Positions 45,923 through 56,046 of a stretch of DNA of 64,000 nucleotides are shown here, piece by piece. Every line of letters starts with the position of its first letter. Positions within the stretch are counted from its first letter, which is position 1. Location of the stretch: the NCBI GenBank assembly GCA_049177215.1, contig CP185379.1, positions 203,046-267,045 on the forward strand, written 5' to 3'. The DNA is from Candidatus Pollutiaquabacter aromativorans (GTDB lineage Bacteria > Bacteroidota > Bacteroidia > AKYH767-A > 2013-40CM-41-45). A model generated the notes under the pieces. It searched no databases, was not told the DNA's origin, and saw nothing but the letters and a program-made list of their open reading frames with translations. The translations under genes and the position numbers were made by a program.

Positions 45923-47560
45923 ATGCAGAAGGAACGCAACCACCCCGCCGGCTTGCCCTATCTCTTCTTTACGGAGATGTGGGAACGCTTCGGCTATTAC
46001 CTGATCATCGGGATCTTTTTCCTGTACATGACCGATACGGAACGGGGCGGACTGGCCTTTGACCGAAAGGATGCATCGGACATCTTCGGCACCTTCATCG
46101 CCCTGGTGTACCTGACACCGTTCATCGGCGGCTTGCTGGCGGACCGGATCCTCGGCCTGCGTGTGGCAATCACCATCGGGGGCATCCTGATGGGGTTGGG
46201 TTACATCGGCCTCTCCCTGCCGGGTCCCACTGCCTTCTACACCTCGCTCGGACTGATCATTCTGGGTAACGGCTTTTTCAAGCCCAACATCTCCACCTTG
46301 CTGGGGAACCTCTACAACGAACCGAAATTCAAACCGAGAAAGGACGCCGGCTACAACATCTTCTACATGGGCATCAACATCGGTGCCTTCATCTGCAATT
46401 TCTTCGCGGCCTATCTCCGCAACGCTTTCGGCTGGGGCGAAGCCTTCATTGCCGCCGGTGTGGGCATGTTCCTCGGCGTGATCATCTTCTGGATCGGGAA
46501 CCGTCACTACAAACACGTGGACGTGATCAAACCCGCCAACCCGGAGGACATGGGCGTCGGTCGTGTATTCGGCATGGTCCTGCTTCCGGCGGTGGTCGCG
46601 GGTTTCCTCGGCTGGAGCATTCCCGGCAATGTGTTCGGCAGCGACTCCACCGATGCCTTCATCTTCGGGGCCTTACCGGTAGCCTTGTTCTACGTCTCGT
46701 TGTTGTTCCGGCTGAAACCGGAAGACAAGCGCCCGGTCGCGGCTTTGTTGTCGATCTACGGCGTGGTGATCATCTTCTGGGCGATCTTCAAACAAAACGG
46801 CACCGCCCTCACGACCTGGGCCGAAAGCTATACCGACCGTGAGTTGCCTGCCGCCATGGTCGCTCCTGCCAAGCAGCTCGGCATGGTGCAGGATGTCACG
46901 CTGACAAAGGATACGATCACACTCACCGACGAACAATTCCGCGCGGTCAAAGACGCGGATGGAAAGGTGGCGAAGACGTATGATTTCCCGTCCTACTACC
47001 GCAACCTGCCCCGGGACCACTGGCCGGAGGAAGGCGGTACTACGCACCTGCTCTCGACGGAGATCTTCCAGAGTATCAATCCGTTCTTTGTCGTCGCGTT
47101 GACGCCGTTGGTCGTGGCCGCTTTCGCGTTCCTGCGAAGACGAAACAAGGAGCCATCCACCCCGGGTAAGATCTTCCTGGGTCTCCTGATCACGGCGCTC
47201 TCCACCTTGCTAATGGTGGGAGCCGTCTATGCGGGCGGTAATGGTGCCGAGAAGGTTTCCGGTTGGTGGCTGGTGGGTACCTATGGTGTCATCACCATCG
47301 GTGAGCTATGCCTTAGTCCGATGGGTTTGTCGCTGGTATCCAAACTGAGTCCGCCCCGCATCACGGCGCTCATGATGGGTGGCTGGTCGCTGGCCACCTC
47401 GATTGGAAACAAGATGTCGGGTGTGCTGGCCTCGCTCTGGGATTCTTACTCGCACAAAGCCAGTTTCTTTTGGGTGAACTGTGTGGTTTCCCTCATTGCG
47501 GCCCTTGCGATCCTGGCCATGTTGAAATGGCTGCGGAAGATCGTAGCGGAACACACCTGA
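45923..47560 (+). CDS. POT/PTR2 family di-/tripeptide:proton symporter (MFS)
   Basis: From the ATG at 45923 the protein is MQKERNHPAGLPYLFFTEMWERFGYYLI..., with the GGLLADRILG PTR2 signature. The listed ORF starts 30 nt upstream at a TTG. Confidence 0.85.
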   Translation: MQKERNHPAGLPYLFFTEMWERFGYYLIIGIFFLYMTDTERGGLAFDRKDASDIFGTFIALVYLTPFIGGLLADRILGLRVAITIGGILMGLGYIGLSLPGPTAFYTSLGLIILGNGFFKPNISTLLGNLYNEPKFKPRKDAGYNIFYMGINIGAFICNFFAAYLRNAFGWGEAFIAAGVGMFLGVIIFWIGNRHYKHVDVIKPANPEDMGVGRVFGMVLLPAVVAGFLGWSIPGNVFGSDSTDAFIFGALPVALFYVSLLFRLKPEDKRPVAALLSIYGVVIIFWAIFKQNGTALTTWAESYTDRELPAAMVAPAKQLGMVQDVTLTKDTITLTDEQFRAVKDADGKVAKTYDFPSYYRNLPRDHWPEEGGTTHLLSTEIFQSINPFFVVALTPLVVAAFAFLRRRNKEPSTPGKIFLGLLITALSTLLMVGAVYAGGNGAEKVSGWWLVGTYGVITIGELCLSPMGLSLVSKLSPPRITALMMGGWSLATSIGNKMSGVLASLWDSYSHKASFFWVNCVVSLIAALAILAMLKWLRKIVAEHT

Positions 47561-47565
47561 TCCTT

Positions 47566-47796
47566 CTACCTCTTTTTAAACAGCGATTGCAATGAAACAA
47601 CCGCCCAGGCACCTTCGAGCAGCACGAACGGCCAGTACCGTATCAGCCAGCTGGCAAAGCATGCGACCGCTGCGCCCAGGAAGTTCATCCAGAGATACGG
47701 GCGTCCGTCGCTGGCGAGCTTTCCGCTCGTCTGAAGAAAGTACGCGATCAGCAACAGGCTGACGCCGGCGAAACCGATCCAGTCACTCAGGTTCAT
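47566..47796 (-). CDS. Small membrane protein (about 76 aa, three hydrophobic segments)
   Basis: The internal ATG at 47796 gives MNLSDWIGFAGVSLLLIAYFLQ.... The upstream part of ORF 47566..47946 runs through the metK terminator and is unlikely to be coding. Confidence 0.45.
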   Translation of the reverse strand: MNLSDWIGFAGVSLLLIAYFLQTSGKLASDGRPYLWMNFLGAAVACFASWLIRYWPFVLLEGAWAVVSLQSLFKKR

Positions 47797-47825
47797 CGAT
47801 GATTTGATTGGGGTACACGAAGAAA

Positions 47826-47856
47826 TAAAAAACCCCGCCAAGTGGCGGGGTTTTTT
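47826..47856 (-). terminator. Rho-independent terminator downstream of metK
   Basis: The stem is ccccgcc-aagt-ggcgggg, flanked by an A7 run and a T6 run. Confidence 0.8.
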
Positions 47857-47872
47857 ATTGATGATATTGCGA

Positions 47873-49171
<1,299 letters not shown>

Positions 49172-49191
49172 TGGTTTTGAATTTCAGGTTG

Positions 49192-49199
49192 CAAAGATA
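49192..49199 (-). promoter_or_regulatory. Candidate -7 promoter box (TAnnTTTG) for metK
   Basis: The minus strand reads TATCTTTG 20 nt upstream of the metK ATG. This is a motif match only. Confidence 0.35.
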
Positions 49200-49208
49200 A
49201 GGAAAAGA

Positions 49209-49360
49209 GGGTTTCGGGTTCCGGGTTTCGTGTTTCGGGTTTAGGGTTTAGGCTGTGCTTCAGGCAGCCTAATCCCAAGGTCTCGTCCCCCGTCCCCCGT
49301 CCCTCGTCCCTCGGTCACGGTCTCGCACCTCGCACCTCGTCCCCCGTCCCTCGCCCCTCC
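49209..49360. repeat. Heptanucleotide tandem-repeat element: GGTTTCG/GGTTTAG units, a degenerate hairpin core, then CGTCCCC/CGTCCCT/CGCACCT units
   Basis: I read it directly. The hairpin aggctg-tgcttcagg-cagcct lies at 49250-49270 between the two arrays. Confidence 0.85.
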
Positions 49361-50446
49361 CTAATAAGCCCGTCCCTCATAAAAGACCTTCACCGTATTC
49401 GTCCCGACGGTGAATTTGAGGACGTCCCCGTTTAGGGCGTAATTCAGCACGGATTCATAGGATGCCGTGGCATTTTCGCCTTTGTACCAGTATTTGAGCT
49501 GGTTGCTCGCGTCGAGATAGGCTACTCCGTTGGGCCCGATCTTGAATTCCCGGGGGATGAATCGATCGACAACGTAAGTATTGCCATTCCAAAAAATATT
49601 GAAATCGCCGTTGTAGCCCCAGCAGATGACATTGCCCACCACATAAAAGAAATCGGGCCGGTCGGGCATGATCCTCCGGGTCGCCCCCTCGGAGAAAATC
49701 CGAAAGTCGCCGAGGTTATCGACATACGCGGCAATAGACCACCCCACTTTGAAGGAATCCGGTGGAAATATCTCCACACTGGCGGTATCACCCTTATAGA
49801 ACAGGTGGAAATAACCATTGTAGTCATCTACGTACCCTACGATATCACGCCCGGCCTGGAATTCGCGCGGAGGGATATTGTCGAGTGTATAGGTTTGGCC
49901 GTGATAGAAGATCTTGAAAAAGTTTGACTGGTTGACCCAGGCCAGCGTATTGGGCCCGGCTTTGACCGTTTTCGGCTTTTCCAGCAGTGAGCTTTCCAGT
50001 TCCGCCGTTCGTCCGTTATAGTAGATATTCAGCAGGTAGTTGCTGTTGTCGAACCAGGCCAGCAGGCTGTCGCCGAGGTAAACGCCGTCGTTGTAATAAC
50101 TCAGGATTTTCTTCTGCCCGTTGTCATAGACATACAAGACGTTGCCCACTTTGTAGGCGATCAGGTTATTGGTGACCTGGTACCAGAAGTCGGCCGCGTT
50201 GACCTGCATATTCGCTTTTCCATTCTGGAAAATGCGGAAGTCACTGCGGTTGTCGATATACGCGACCGCGTTTCCGCCGACCTGATAGGAACGTACCGGC
50301 AGATATTCTGCCTGGTAAAACATGCCGCGGTCAAAGACTTGCAGGTAACCCCGGTAATCGGTGTAAGCGCTAAGGGCCTGCCCTTTCGCTTCGAATGCCG
50401 TAGAGGCAATCAGCAAGAGGAGTCCTGCGAGTAGCTTCTTTGTCAT
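49361..50446 (-). CDS. Hypothetical secreted protein built from about eight ~40-aa repeats (beta-propeller-like)
   Basis: 361 aa with a signal peptide. The recurring motif is [AG][YW][VIL]D....[FY].[IV][FY]..G (AYIDNRSDFRIFQNGK, AWFDNSNYLLNIYYNGR, AWVNQSNFFKIFYHGQ, GYVDDYNGYFHLFYKGD, AYVDNLGDFRIFSEGA, ...). Confidence 0.55.
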   Translation of the reverse strand: MTKKLLAGLLLLIASTAFEAKGQALSAYTDYRGYLQVFDRGMFYQAEYLPVRSYQVGGNAVAYIDNRSDFRIFQNGKANMQVNAADFWYQVTNNLIAYKVGNVLYVYDNGQKKILSYYNDGVYLGDSLLAWFDNSNYLLNIYYNGRTAELESSLLEKPKTVKAGPNTLAWVNQSNFFKIFYHGQTYTLDNIPPREFQAGRDIVGYVDDYNGYFHLFYKGDTASVEIFPPDSFKVGWSIAAYVDNLGDFRIFSEGATRRIMPDRPDFFYVVGNVICWGYNGDFNIFWNGNTYVVDRFIPREFKIGPNGVAYLDASNQLKYWYKGENATASYESVLNYALNGDVLKFTVGTNTVKVFYEGRAY

Positions 50447-50449
50447 GAA

Positions 50450-51358
50450 CTAACGGGTGAGTAACTGGAACACATCCTCCAGCCGTTGTTCTTCCACCTG
50501 CAAGGATTGGACCGTCAATCCGTTTTCGACCGCGTATCGCAGCAATTCAGGTCGAACATCCTGCCCTTCGTCCGGAACGATCCGCCAATGGGTATCGGTC
50601 ATGTTCTCGGCATCCCGGACGCCTTTCAGTTGCATCAATTGGCTGCGCGTAGGATTGCGGTCGAACGACACCCGGATCGCCGCTTCCGGAGCGGCTTTCC
50701 GGCGGAGTAAGTCGGTGGTATCATCGGCCACGATCCGGCCTTTGTTGATGATGATGACGCGGTCGCAGAGCGCTTCTACCTCCTGCATGATGTGCGTGGA
50801 AAGCAGAACGGTCTTTTCCCGGCCGAGGGATTTGATCAGGGACCGGATCTCGCTGAGTTGGTTGGGGTCGAGCCCGGAGGTGGGTTCGTCGAGGATCAGC
50901 ACTTCGGGATCATGCAGCAGGGCTTGCGCCAGGCCGACCCGCTGACGATAGCCCTTCGACAAGGCGCCGATCTTTTTATGCTGTTCGGGTCCGAGACCGG
51001 TTGCTTCGATCATGGCACGGATTCGACCCGCTTGTCCGGCTCCGGTCCGATACAGGCCTGCAACGAATTCCAGGTATTCCCGGACATAGAGATCGAGATA
51101 GAGCGGATTGTGTTCCGGCAGGTAGCCCACGCGCCGGCGTACTTCCAGCGATTCGTCGACAACATCGAAGCCGCAAACGGCAGCCCGTCCGGCAGTGGGA
51201 GGAAGGTAGCCGGTCAGGATCTTCATCATCGTCGATTTACCGGCACCGTTAGGGCCCAGGAATCCGACCACGTGTCCTTTCGGTATTTCGAAACTCACGG
51301 CATCCAGCGCCAACTGTTCGCCGTATCGTTTGCTGATGGACTGTACACTGACCGACAT
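50450..51358 (-). CDS. gldA: Gliding-motility-associated ABC transporter ATP-binding protein GldA
   Basis: From the ATG at 51358 the protein is MSVSVQSISKRYGEQLALDAVSFEIPKGHVVGFLGPNGAGKSTMMKILTGYLPPT. The ABC signature LSKGYRQR and Walker B ILDEPTSGLD are present. It strongly resembles Flavobacterium GldA as I recall it. Confidence 0.78.
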   Translation of the reverse strand: MSVSVQSISKRYGEQLALDAVSFEIPKGHVVGFLGPNGAGKSTMMKILTGYLPPTAGRAAVCGFDVVDESLEVRRRVGYLPEHNPLYLDLYVREYLEFVAGLYRTGAGQAGRIRAMIEATGLGPEQHKKIGALSKGYRQRVGLAQALLHDPEVLILDEPTSGLDPNQLSEIRSLIKSLGREKTVLLSTHIMQEVEALCDRVIIINKGRIVADDTTDLLRRKAAPEAAIRVSFDRNPTRSQLMQLKGVRDAENMTDTHWRIVPDEGQDVRPELLRYAVENGLTVQSLQVEEQRLEDVFQLLTR

Positions 51359-51439
51359 TGCCCTCAAAGGTAGGAAATGGGCGTTGGTTTTAAGACTGGC
51401 CCGGCCACTTGGGGCGGTGGAGATTCCTACCTTTGGTCC

Positions 51440-52360
51440 GTGCACGGACTTGTAACCAAATCCACCGGCAGCCAGTACCTGGTGCGGCTCGACAGCGGGG
51501 AGGAGCTCTTATGCAGGATCCGCGGCAACCTTCGGCTCAAGGGGTTCGAGGCGACCAATCCGCTCACGGTTGGCGACCGGGTCGAAGTGGAATTGAAGCC
51601 GGGCGACGATGTCGGCCTGGTCACATCGATCGGTGTGCGTAAGAATTACATCATTCGAAAATCGGTCAAGCTATCCCGACAGGTTCAAATCATCGCCGCC
51701 AATCTCGACCGCGCGCTGGTCGTTGCGACACCGGTACTTCCACGAACCTCGCTCGGTTTCATCGATCGCTTCCTGGCCACCGCTGAAGCCTATTCGATTC
51801 AGGCGGGAATCGTCTGGAACAAGACTGATCTCTACGACGAAGACGTTTGGGCCTTCGTACATGAGGCGCGCGATCTGTACGAATCCATCGGGTACAAGGT
51901 GTATGCCGTGTCCGGGATAAGCGGTGAGGGGCTGGATGTGCTGTCAAACGATCTGAAGGGTTCCATCACCTTGTTTTCCGGTCACAGCGGTGTAGGAAAG
52001 TCGACCCTAATCAATTCCCTGATCCCGGGCAAGCAATTGAAGACCGCCGGTATTTCCCGTCAACATCAGAAAGGCATGCACACGACCACCTTCGCGGAGA
52101 TGCACGAGTTGCCGGAGAAAGGCTACATCATCGATACGCCGGGTATCCGCGAGTTCGGTACGATCGACTTCGACAAGTACGAAGTCTCGCATTTTTTCCC
52201 GGAGATATTTCGTGTGGGCAAGGGATGCAAGTTCAACAATTGCATCCATACGAATGAAACGGGCTGTGCGGTCTTGCCTGCCGTCGAAAAAGGGGAGATC
52301 GCGCTCAGCCGTTACGAGAGCTATCATAGCATTCTGATGAACGAAGACTATTTTCGCTGA
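51440..52360 (+). CDS. rsgA: Ribosome small-subunit-dependent GTPase RsgA
   Basis: The GTG at 51440 gives VHGLVTKSTGSQYLVRLDSGEELLCRIRGNLR, a typical RsgA N-terminal OB fold. The GTPase is circularly permuted (NKTDL ... GHSGVGKSTLIN ... DTPGIREF) with a Zn-finger CKFNNCIHTNETGCAV. The ORF is open from 51377. Confidence 0.85.
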   Translation: MHGLVTKSTGSQYLVRLDSGEELLCRIRGNLRLKGFEATNPLTVGDRVEVELKPGDDVGLVTSIGVRKNYIIRKSVKLSRQVQIIAANLDRALVVATPVLPRTSLGFIDRFLATAEAYSIQAGIVWNKTDLYDEDVWAFVHEARDLYESIGYKVYAVSGISGEGLDVLSNDLKGSITLFSGHSGVGKSTLINSLIPGKQLKTAGISRQHQKGMHTTTFAEMHELPEKGYIIDTPGIREFGTIDFDKYEVSHFFPEIFRVGKGCKFNNCIHTNETGCAVLPAVEKGEIALSRYESYHSILMNEDYFR

Positions 52361-52363
52361 GTC

Positions 52364-52816
52364 ATGCGCGTATTGCTGCAACGGGTTTCGGAAGCTGCTG
52401 TCCGTATCGACGGCGCGATCACGGCGAAGATCGGCGTGGGATTACTCGTACTGGTGGGCGTCGAAGAGGCCGACAATGAAACGGATATCGACTGGTTATC
52501 GGGTAAGATAGCCCGACTTCGCATCTTCCCGGACGAGCAGGGTGTGATGAATCGGTCGGTCACCGAGGTGGATGGCGAGATCCTGGTCGTTTCTCAATTC
52601 ACGCTGCACGCTTCCACAGCCAAAGGAAACCGACCTTCCTACATCCACGCGGCGCGACCGGAAACGGCTATTCCACGCTACGAGCAATTTAAAGCGGCCT
52701 TGCAACGCGATACCGGTAAGCCAATCGCCTCCGGCACCTTCGGGGCCGATATGAAAGTAAGTCTCATCAACGACGGCCCCGTTACGATCTGGATCGATAG
52801 TAAAGTGAAAGAATGA
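52364..52816 (+). CDS. dtd: D-aminoacyl-tRNA deacylase
   Basis: 150 aa with MRVLLQRVSEAAVRIDG..., VSQFTLHA and GNRPSY motifs. Confidence 0.92.
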   Translation: MRVLLQRVSEAAVRIDGAITAKIGVGLLVLVGVEEADNETDIDWLSGKIARLRIFPDEQGVMNRSVTEVDGEILVVSQFTLHASTAKGNRPSYIHAARPETAIPRYEQFKAALQRDTGKPIASGTFGADMKVSLINDGPVTIWIDSKVKE

Positions 52817-52817
52817 T

Positions 52818-52912
52818 GGGGGTTGGAAGTTTCCGGTTTCGGGTTTCCGGTTATAGACCCCAAAACACCAATCACCAATATCTAATATCTAATATCCAAT
52901 CACCAATACCCC
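52818..52912. repeat. Short heptanucleotide repeat element (GGTTTCC/GGTTTCG units, then CACCAAT/AATATCT units)
   Basis: I read it directly. It fills the entire dtd / mazG-like intergenic spacer, and its ends are inverted (gggggttgg ... ccaataccccc). Confidence 0.75.
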
Positions 52913-52913
52913 C

Positions 52914-53243
52914 ATGACCCTCTCCCAAGCCCAAACCACCGTCGACAACTGGATCCGCACGCATGGTGTACGTTATTTCAGCGAGCTCACGAATACGGCG
53001 ATACTGATGGAAGAGGTAGGCGAGGTGGCCAGGATCATGGCCCGGAAGTATGGCGATCAATCCATGAAGCCTTCCGACGAGGGAAAAGAGCTGGCGGATG
53101 AATTGGCGGATGTGATGTTCGTGTTGGTTTGCCTGGCGAATCAAACGGGCATTAACCTGGAAGAAGCATTTCAAAAGAATCTGGAGAAAAAGACCGCTCG
53201 TGACCAGGATCGCCACAAGAACAATCCCAAGTTGAACGGTTAA
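52914..53243 (+). CDS. MazG-like nucleotide pyrophosphohydrolase
   Basis: 109 aa with the EEVGEVARIM ... ELADELADVMFVLVCLAN pattern of the EExxE/DxxD all-alpha NTP-PPase family. Confidence 0.8.
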   Translation: MTLSQAQTTVDNWIRTHGVRYFSELTNTAILMEEVGEVARIMARKYGDQSMKPSDEGKELADELADVMFVLVCLANQTGINLEEAFQKNLEKKTARDQDRHKNNPKLNG

Positions 53244-53983
53244 TTTTCGTAGTAGACCCGCTTGCGTTTCAGGTTGTCGGGGTCTTCGTGAAAAAAGTAA
53301 CGAAGGTCCAGTGTCAGATAATTGCCGAGCAGGCGTTGTTCGACGATGAAATCCTTGCCGGCGCGCTGGTACTGTACCTGAGAATTATAAATGTAATTGA
53401 ACGGGCGATGATAGCTCGCGCCGAGGTACCAGTAGCCGGATTTCACGGTGCGGTATTCCCAGCCGATGTTGGCGATGACGGCTGGCTGCAGGACATTTTT
53501 TCGCTTGGATCGATGCTCGTATCCTTCCCCTTTGGTCTCCAGACTGCTGGCGAACATATCAGCGGAAGCGCCCATGGATGCGTTCATGTATAGCTTTTCG
53601 CCAAGCTGGATGTAGGCCAGGAGCGAGGCCGGTATTTCATAGGCGATCATCCGGAAATCGCTCGATGTATTGAAGTTGGCATCGGTAATGTCAAGCGTAA
53701 ACGTTCGCTTGACGTAGTTGATGCCTGTTTCGAACGAAAGCAGGTCCGTCATGCCCCGACGAACCACCATGCCAGCGGCGAATCCGCTCTTGAGCGAAAA
53801 GTCGAATTGCACACCCTGCTCCAATTGGCTTTGTGTGCCGGTGCCCAGGAAGGAAAGCGGGAAGATCGGTTTGAATTGCAGTCCTACGGTGGTGACGTTT
53901 TTCTGTGCATAGACTGTTGAGAGGCACAGGCAAAACAACAGGACGAACGGCAGGAACTTCTGATGAATCATAGTCGAACGCAC
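53240..53983 (-). CDS. Hypothetical outer-membrane beta-barrel protein
   Basis: 247 aa with a signal peptide. It shows alternating hydrophobic beta-strand periodicity and an aromatic residue near the C-terminus. The family is not recognised. Confidence 0.45.
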   Translation of the reverse strand: MRSTMIHQKFLPFVLLFCLCLSTVYAQKNVTTVGLQFKPIFPLSFLGTGTQSQLEQGVQFDFSLKSGFAAGMVVRRGMTDLLSFETGINYVKRTFTLDITDANFNTSSDFRMIAYEIPASLLAYIQLGEKLYMNASMGASADMFASSLETKGEGYEHRSKRKNVLQPAVIANIGWEYRTVKSGYWYLGASYHRPFNYIYNSQVQYQRAGKDFIVEQRLLGNYLTLDLRYFFHEDPDNLKRKRVYYEN

Positions 53984-54011
53984 ACGTCAGAGATTTCCCT
54001 GCTTGCCAGGC

Positions 54012-54755
54012 TTATTGCATTTTTTTCATGCGCATCAGGAAGCTCATGAGCGCTGCCCAGTAATCCTGATTGTCGGACGACTTCGACCAAAGTACTTTGG
54101 ATCCATGGTCGCCGGCGGTTTTCGGTACGTACTGTACTTTGATCCTGGAATTCACGTCGCGCAAGAGGTCGGTTACTTTGTCGGATTCCTCCCGCGAGGA
54201 GGTCGCGAAGAGCGGCTTGTCCAGCCCGTTGATGGAGTTGCGGGTGAAATCCTTGTCCTGGAAATACTCGCCCGGACTGAAAACGATCACGCCGGATACT
54301 TTGTTGTTGTCGTTCGCGATTTTAAGCGCGAGCGAAGCCGAATACGAGCTGCCGAGTATCAGGACGGGCTTGTTGTATTTGTCATAGAGAAAGTCGAGTC
54401 CTGCGCGGATATCTTGTTCAGCGTCCGGAAACTCCGGTTGCTGGCCTTTTGCTTTAGCTTCCAGAGCGGTCTGGTTGATCACGCCATTCACCTCGCTGCC
54501 CACCCGTTGGTCGATGGCCAGGCAGTTAAAGCCGAATTTGTTCAGACGAAGTGCCGTTTCCTGGTATTCACCCCGGCTGAACCGGTTCTGGTGACAAAGC
54601 AGAATGGTCGGAAACTCATCGCTCACCGGATACCAATCGGCTGTTACCGTCGTACTGTCCGCAGCAGGAAAGGTCACCAACAGTTGCGCATTGCTGGAAG
54701 CAGGGGCGATCATGGCAAGACAGCTTAGCAAGACAAGCGATAGGAGTGTTCGCAT
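54012..54755 (-). CDS. Secreted alpha/beta-hydrolase-fold protein
   Basis: 247 aa with a signal peptide. It has a nucleophile-elbow-like LILGSSYSASLA and a late DHG (putative His). The fold assignment is from pattern only. Confidence 0.55.
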   Translation of the reverse strand: MRTLLSLVLLSCLAMIAPASSNAQLLVTFPAADSTTVTADWYPVSDEFPTILLCHQNRFSRGEYQETALRLNKFGFNCLAIDQRVGSEVNGVINQTALEAKAKGQQPEFPDAEQDIRAGLDFLYDKYNKPVLILGSSYSASLALKIANDNNKVSGVIVFSPGEYFQDKDFTRNSINGLDKPLFATSSREESDKVTDLLRDVNSRIKVQYVPKTAGDHGSKVLWSKSSDNQDYWAALMSFLMRMKKMQ

Positions 54756-54827
54756 AAGTGGAGAATAACCCGACTAAGATACGAAAAGGCTGTCGTTTCT
54801 GTCTTCGTTGACTAAGCGGTAAACGGA

Positions 54828-55176
54828 AGGCAGTAGGCGGGAATCGGTTTGCGGTAGGCAGTAGGCAGTAGGCATTCATTGCCTCGCCCCTGCTTTCGCT
54901 AAAGCTTCGGCAGGCATGCATCGCTCCTCGTCCCACGTCCCACGTCCCTCGCTCCTCGTCCCTCGTCCCTCGTCCCTCGTCCCTCGTCCCTATAATAAGT
55001 CGGCGGTAAAATTAACCACTTTAGGTAGTAGAACATTTAAACAGCAACCCCAGGCCACTGTTTCCAGTCCTCAGTCCTCAGTCCTCAGTCTCCATTCTCC
55101 ATTCCCCATCCCCCATCCCCCATCCCCCAATTACTAGTTACTAGTTCCTAGTTACTAATTACTAATTACTAGTTTC
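54828..55176. repeat. Large composite heptanucleotide repeat element with five unit types and a palindromic-core remnant
   Basis: GGCAGTA units lie at 54829-54875, the core remnant cgctaaagcttcggcagg at 54897-54914, and CGTCCCT/CGTCCCA units x10 at 54921-54990. A unique 74-nt spacer follows, then 16 in-phase units run CAGTCCT to CATCCCC to TAGTTAC (55065-55176). Confidence 0.9.
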
Positions 55177-55234
55177 TCCTATCCACCCCATATGGAATTC
55201 CCCCGGCCTCCGACTCTTCCCGAAAATCCTTTCC

Positions 55235-56044
55235 ATGAAACTCCTTCGATCGAGTAAGTCGGTGTACACCGAAATGATTTTTGAACGAAAGAACAAGCAG
55301 TATGGCGCGTACGATTTGCGCGTGAATTATGAAGCCCGATTGATCCGTGCGTTTCTGATCGGTTGCCTCCTCGCCGGAATGGCGATCCTTCTTCCCAAAG
55401 TGATGCGCTGGGTTTTCCCCGGCCCGGCGCACGACAGTCCGATCCGCCTGCGCGACGGAATCGTATTCGTCAATCCGTCCGTCTATGTACCGCCGGCAAG
55501 CGTGCCTTCGGTTCTTCCAAAGTCCAATGCCGGGAAGTCTTCCATCACTCCTCCAAGGGATCCAAACGCCTTCAAACCGGTTGCAAAGGACCCTTTACCG
55601 GTCGATCCTGTTCCTGTTCCCGGTCCGGTGGATCCCACACCCGGCCCAGGGCCTGGCAATCCGGTCACCGGCCCAGTTGGTCCGCCAACAGCAGGTTTGT
55701 CGACCTTGCCGGCCCCGAAGGTCTTTTCTCAGGCCAGTGTGGAAGTCGCGCCCGATTTCCCCGGAGGTTTGGATGCGTTTTATAAATACTTCAGAAGCAA
55801 ATTGCGCTATACACCCGAGGCAAGAATGGAAGGATTATCCGGCCGATTCTTCGTGCAATTCATCATAGGTCGCGACGGTCGTATTCAGGAAATCACCTTC
55901 CTCAAACCGATCGGCTTTGGAATGGAAAGTGAAATTGAAAAAGTACTCACGAACGGTCCCAACTGGTCGCCGGGTCGCTACGGAGGCGAAAGCGTCAGCA
56001 CCGCCATGGTATTGCCGGTGAACTTCAGCTTACTGGCCGAATAG
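55235..56044 (+). CDS. tonB: Energy transducer TonB
   Basis: 269 aa. It has an N-terminal TM anchor, a Pro-rich spacer (PVDPVPVPGPVDPTPGPGPGNPVTGPVGPP) and a C-terminal TonB domain (VEVAPDFPGGLDAFYKYF...GRFFVQFIIGRDGRI). Confidence 0.78.
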   Translation: MKLLRSSKSVYTEMIFERKNKQYGAYDLRVNYEARLIRAFLIGCLLAGMAILLPKVMRWVFPGPAHDSPIRLRDGIVFVNPSVYVPPASVPSVLPKSNAGKSSITPPRDPNAFKPVAKDPLPVDPVPVPGPVDPTPGPGPGNPVTGPVGPPTAGLSTLPAPKVFSQASVEVAPDFPGGLDAFYKYFRSKLRYTPEARMEGLSGRFFVQFIIGRDGRIQEITFLKPIGFGMESEIEKVLTNGPNWSPGRYGGESVSTAMVLPVNFSLLAE

Positions 56045-56046
56045 GG

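Noticed and set aside
49236-49251. GGTTTAG GGTTTAG units that resemble plant-type telomere repeats (TTTAGGG).
   Set aside because: There are only two units, embedded in a heptamer array with many other unit types inside a bacterial chromosome. This is a coincidental resemblance.
49172-49360. An expected SAM riboswitch in the metK leader.
   Set aside because: The leader is only about 20 nt after the putative -7 box, and the upstream sequence is heptamer repeats. I could not find any SAM-I, SAM-II or SAM-IV core strings.
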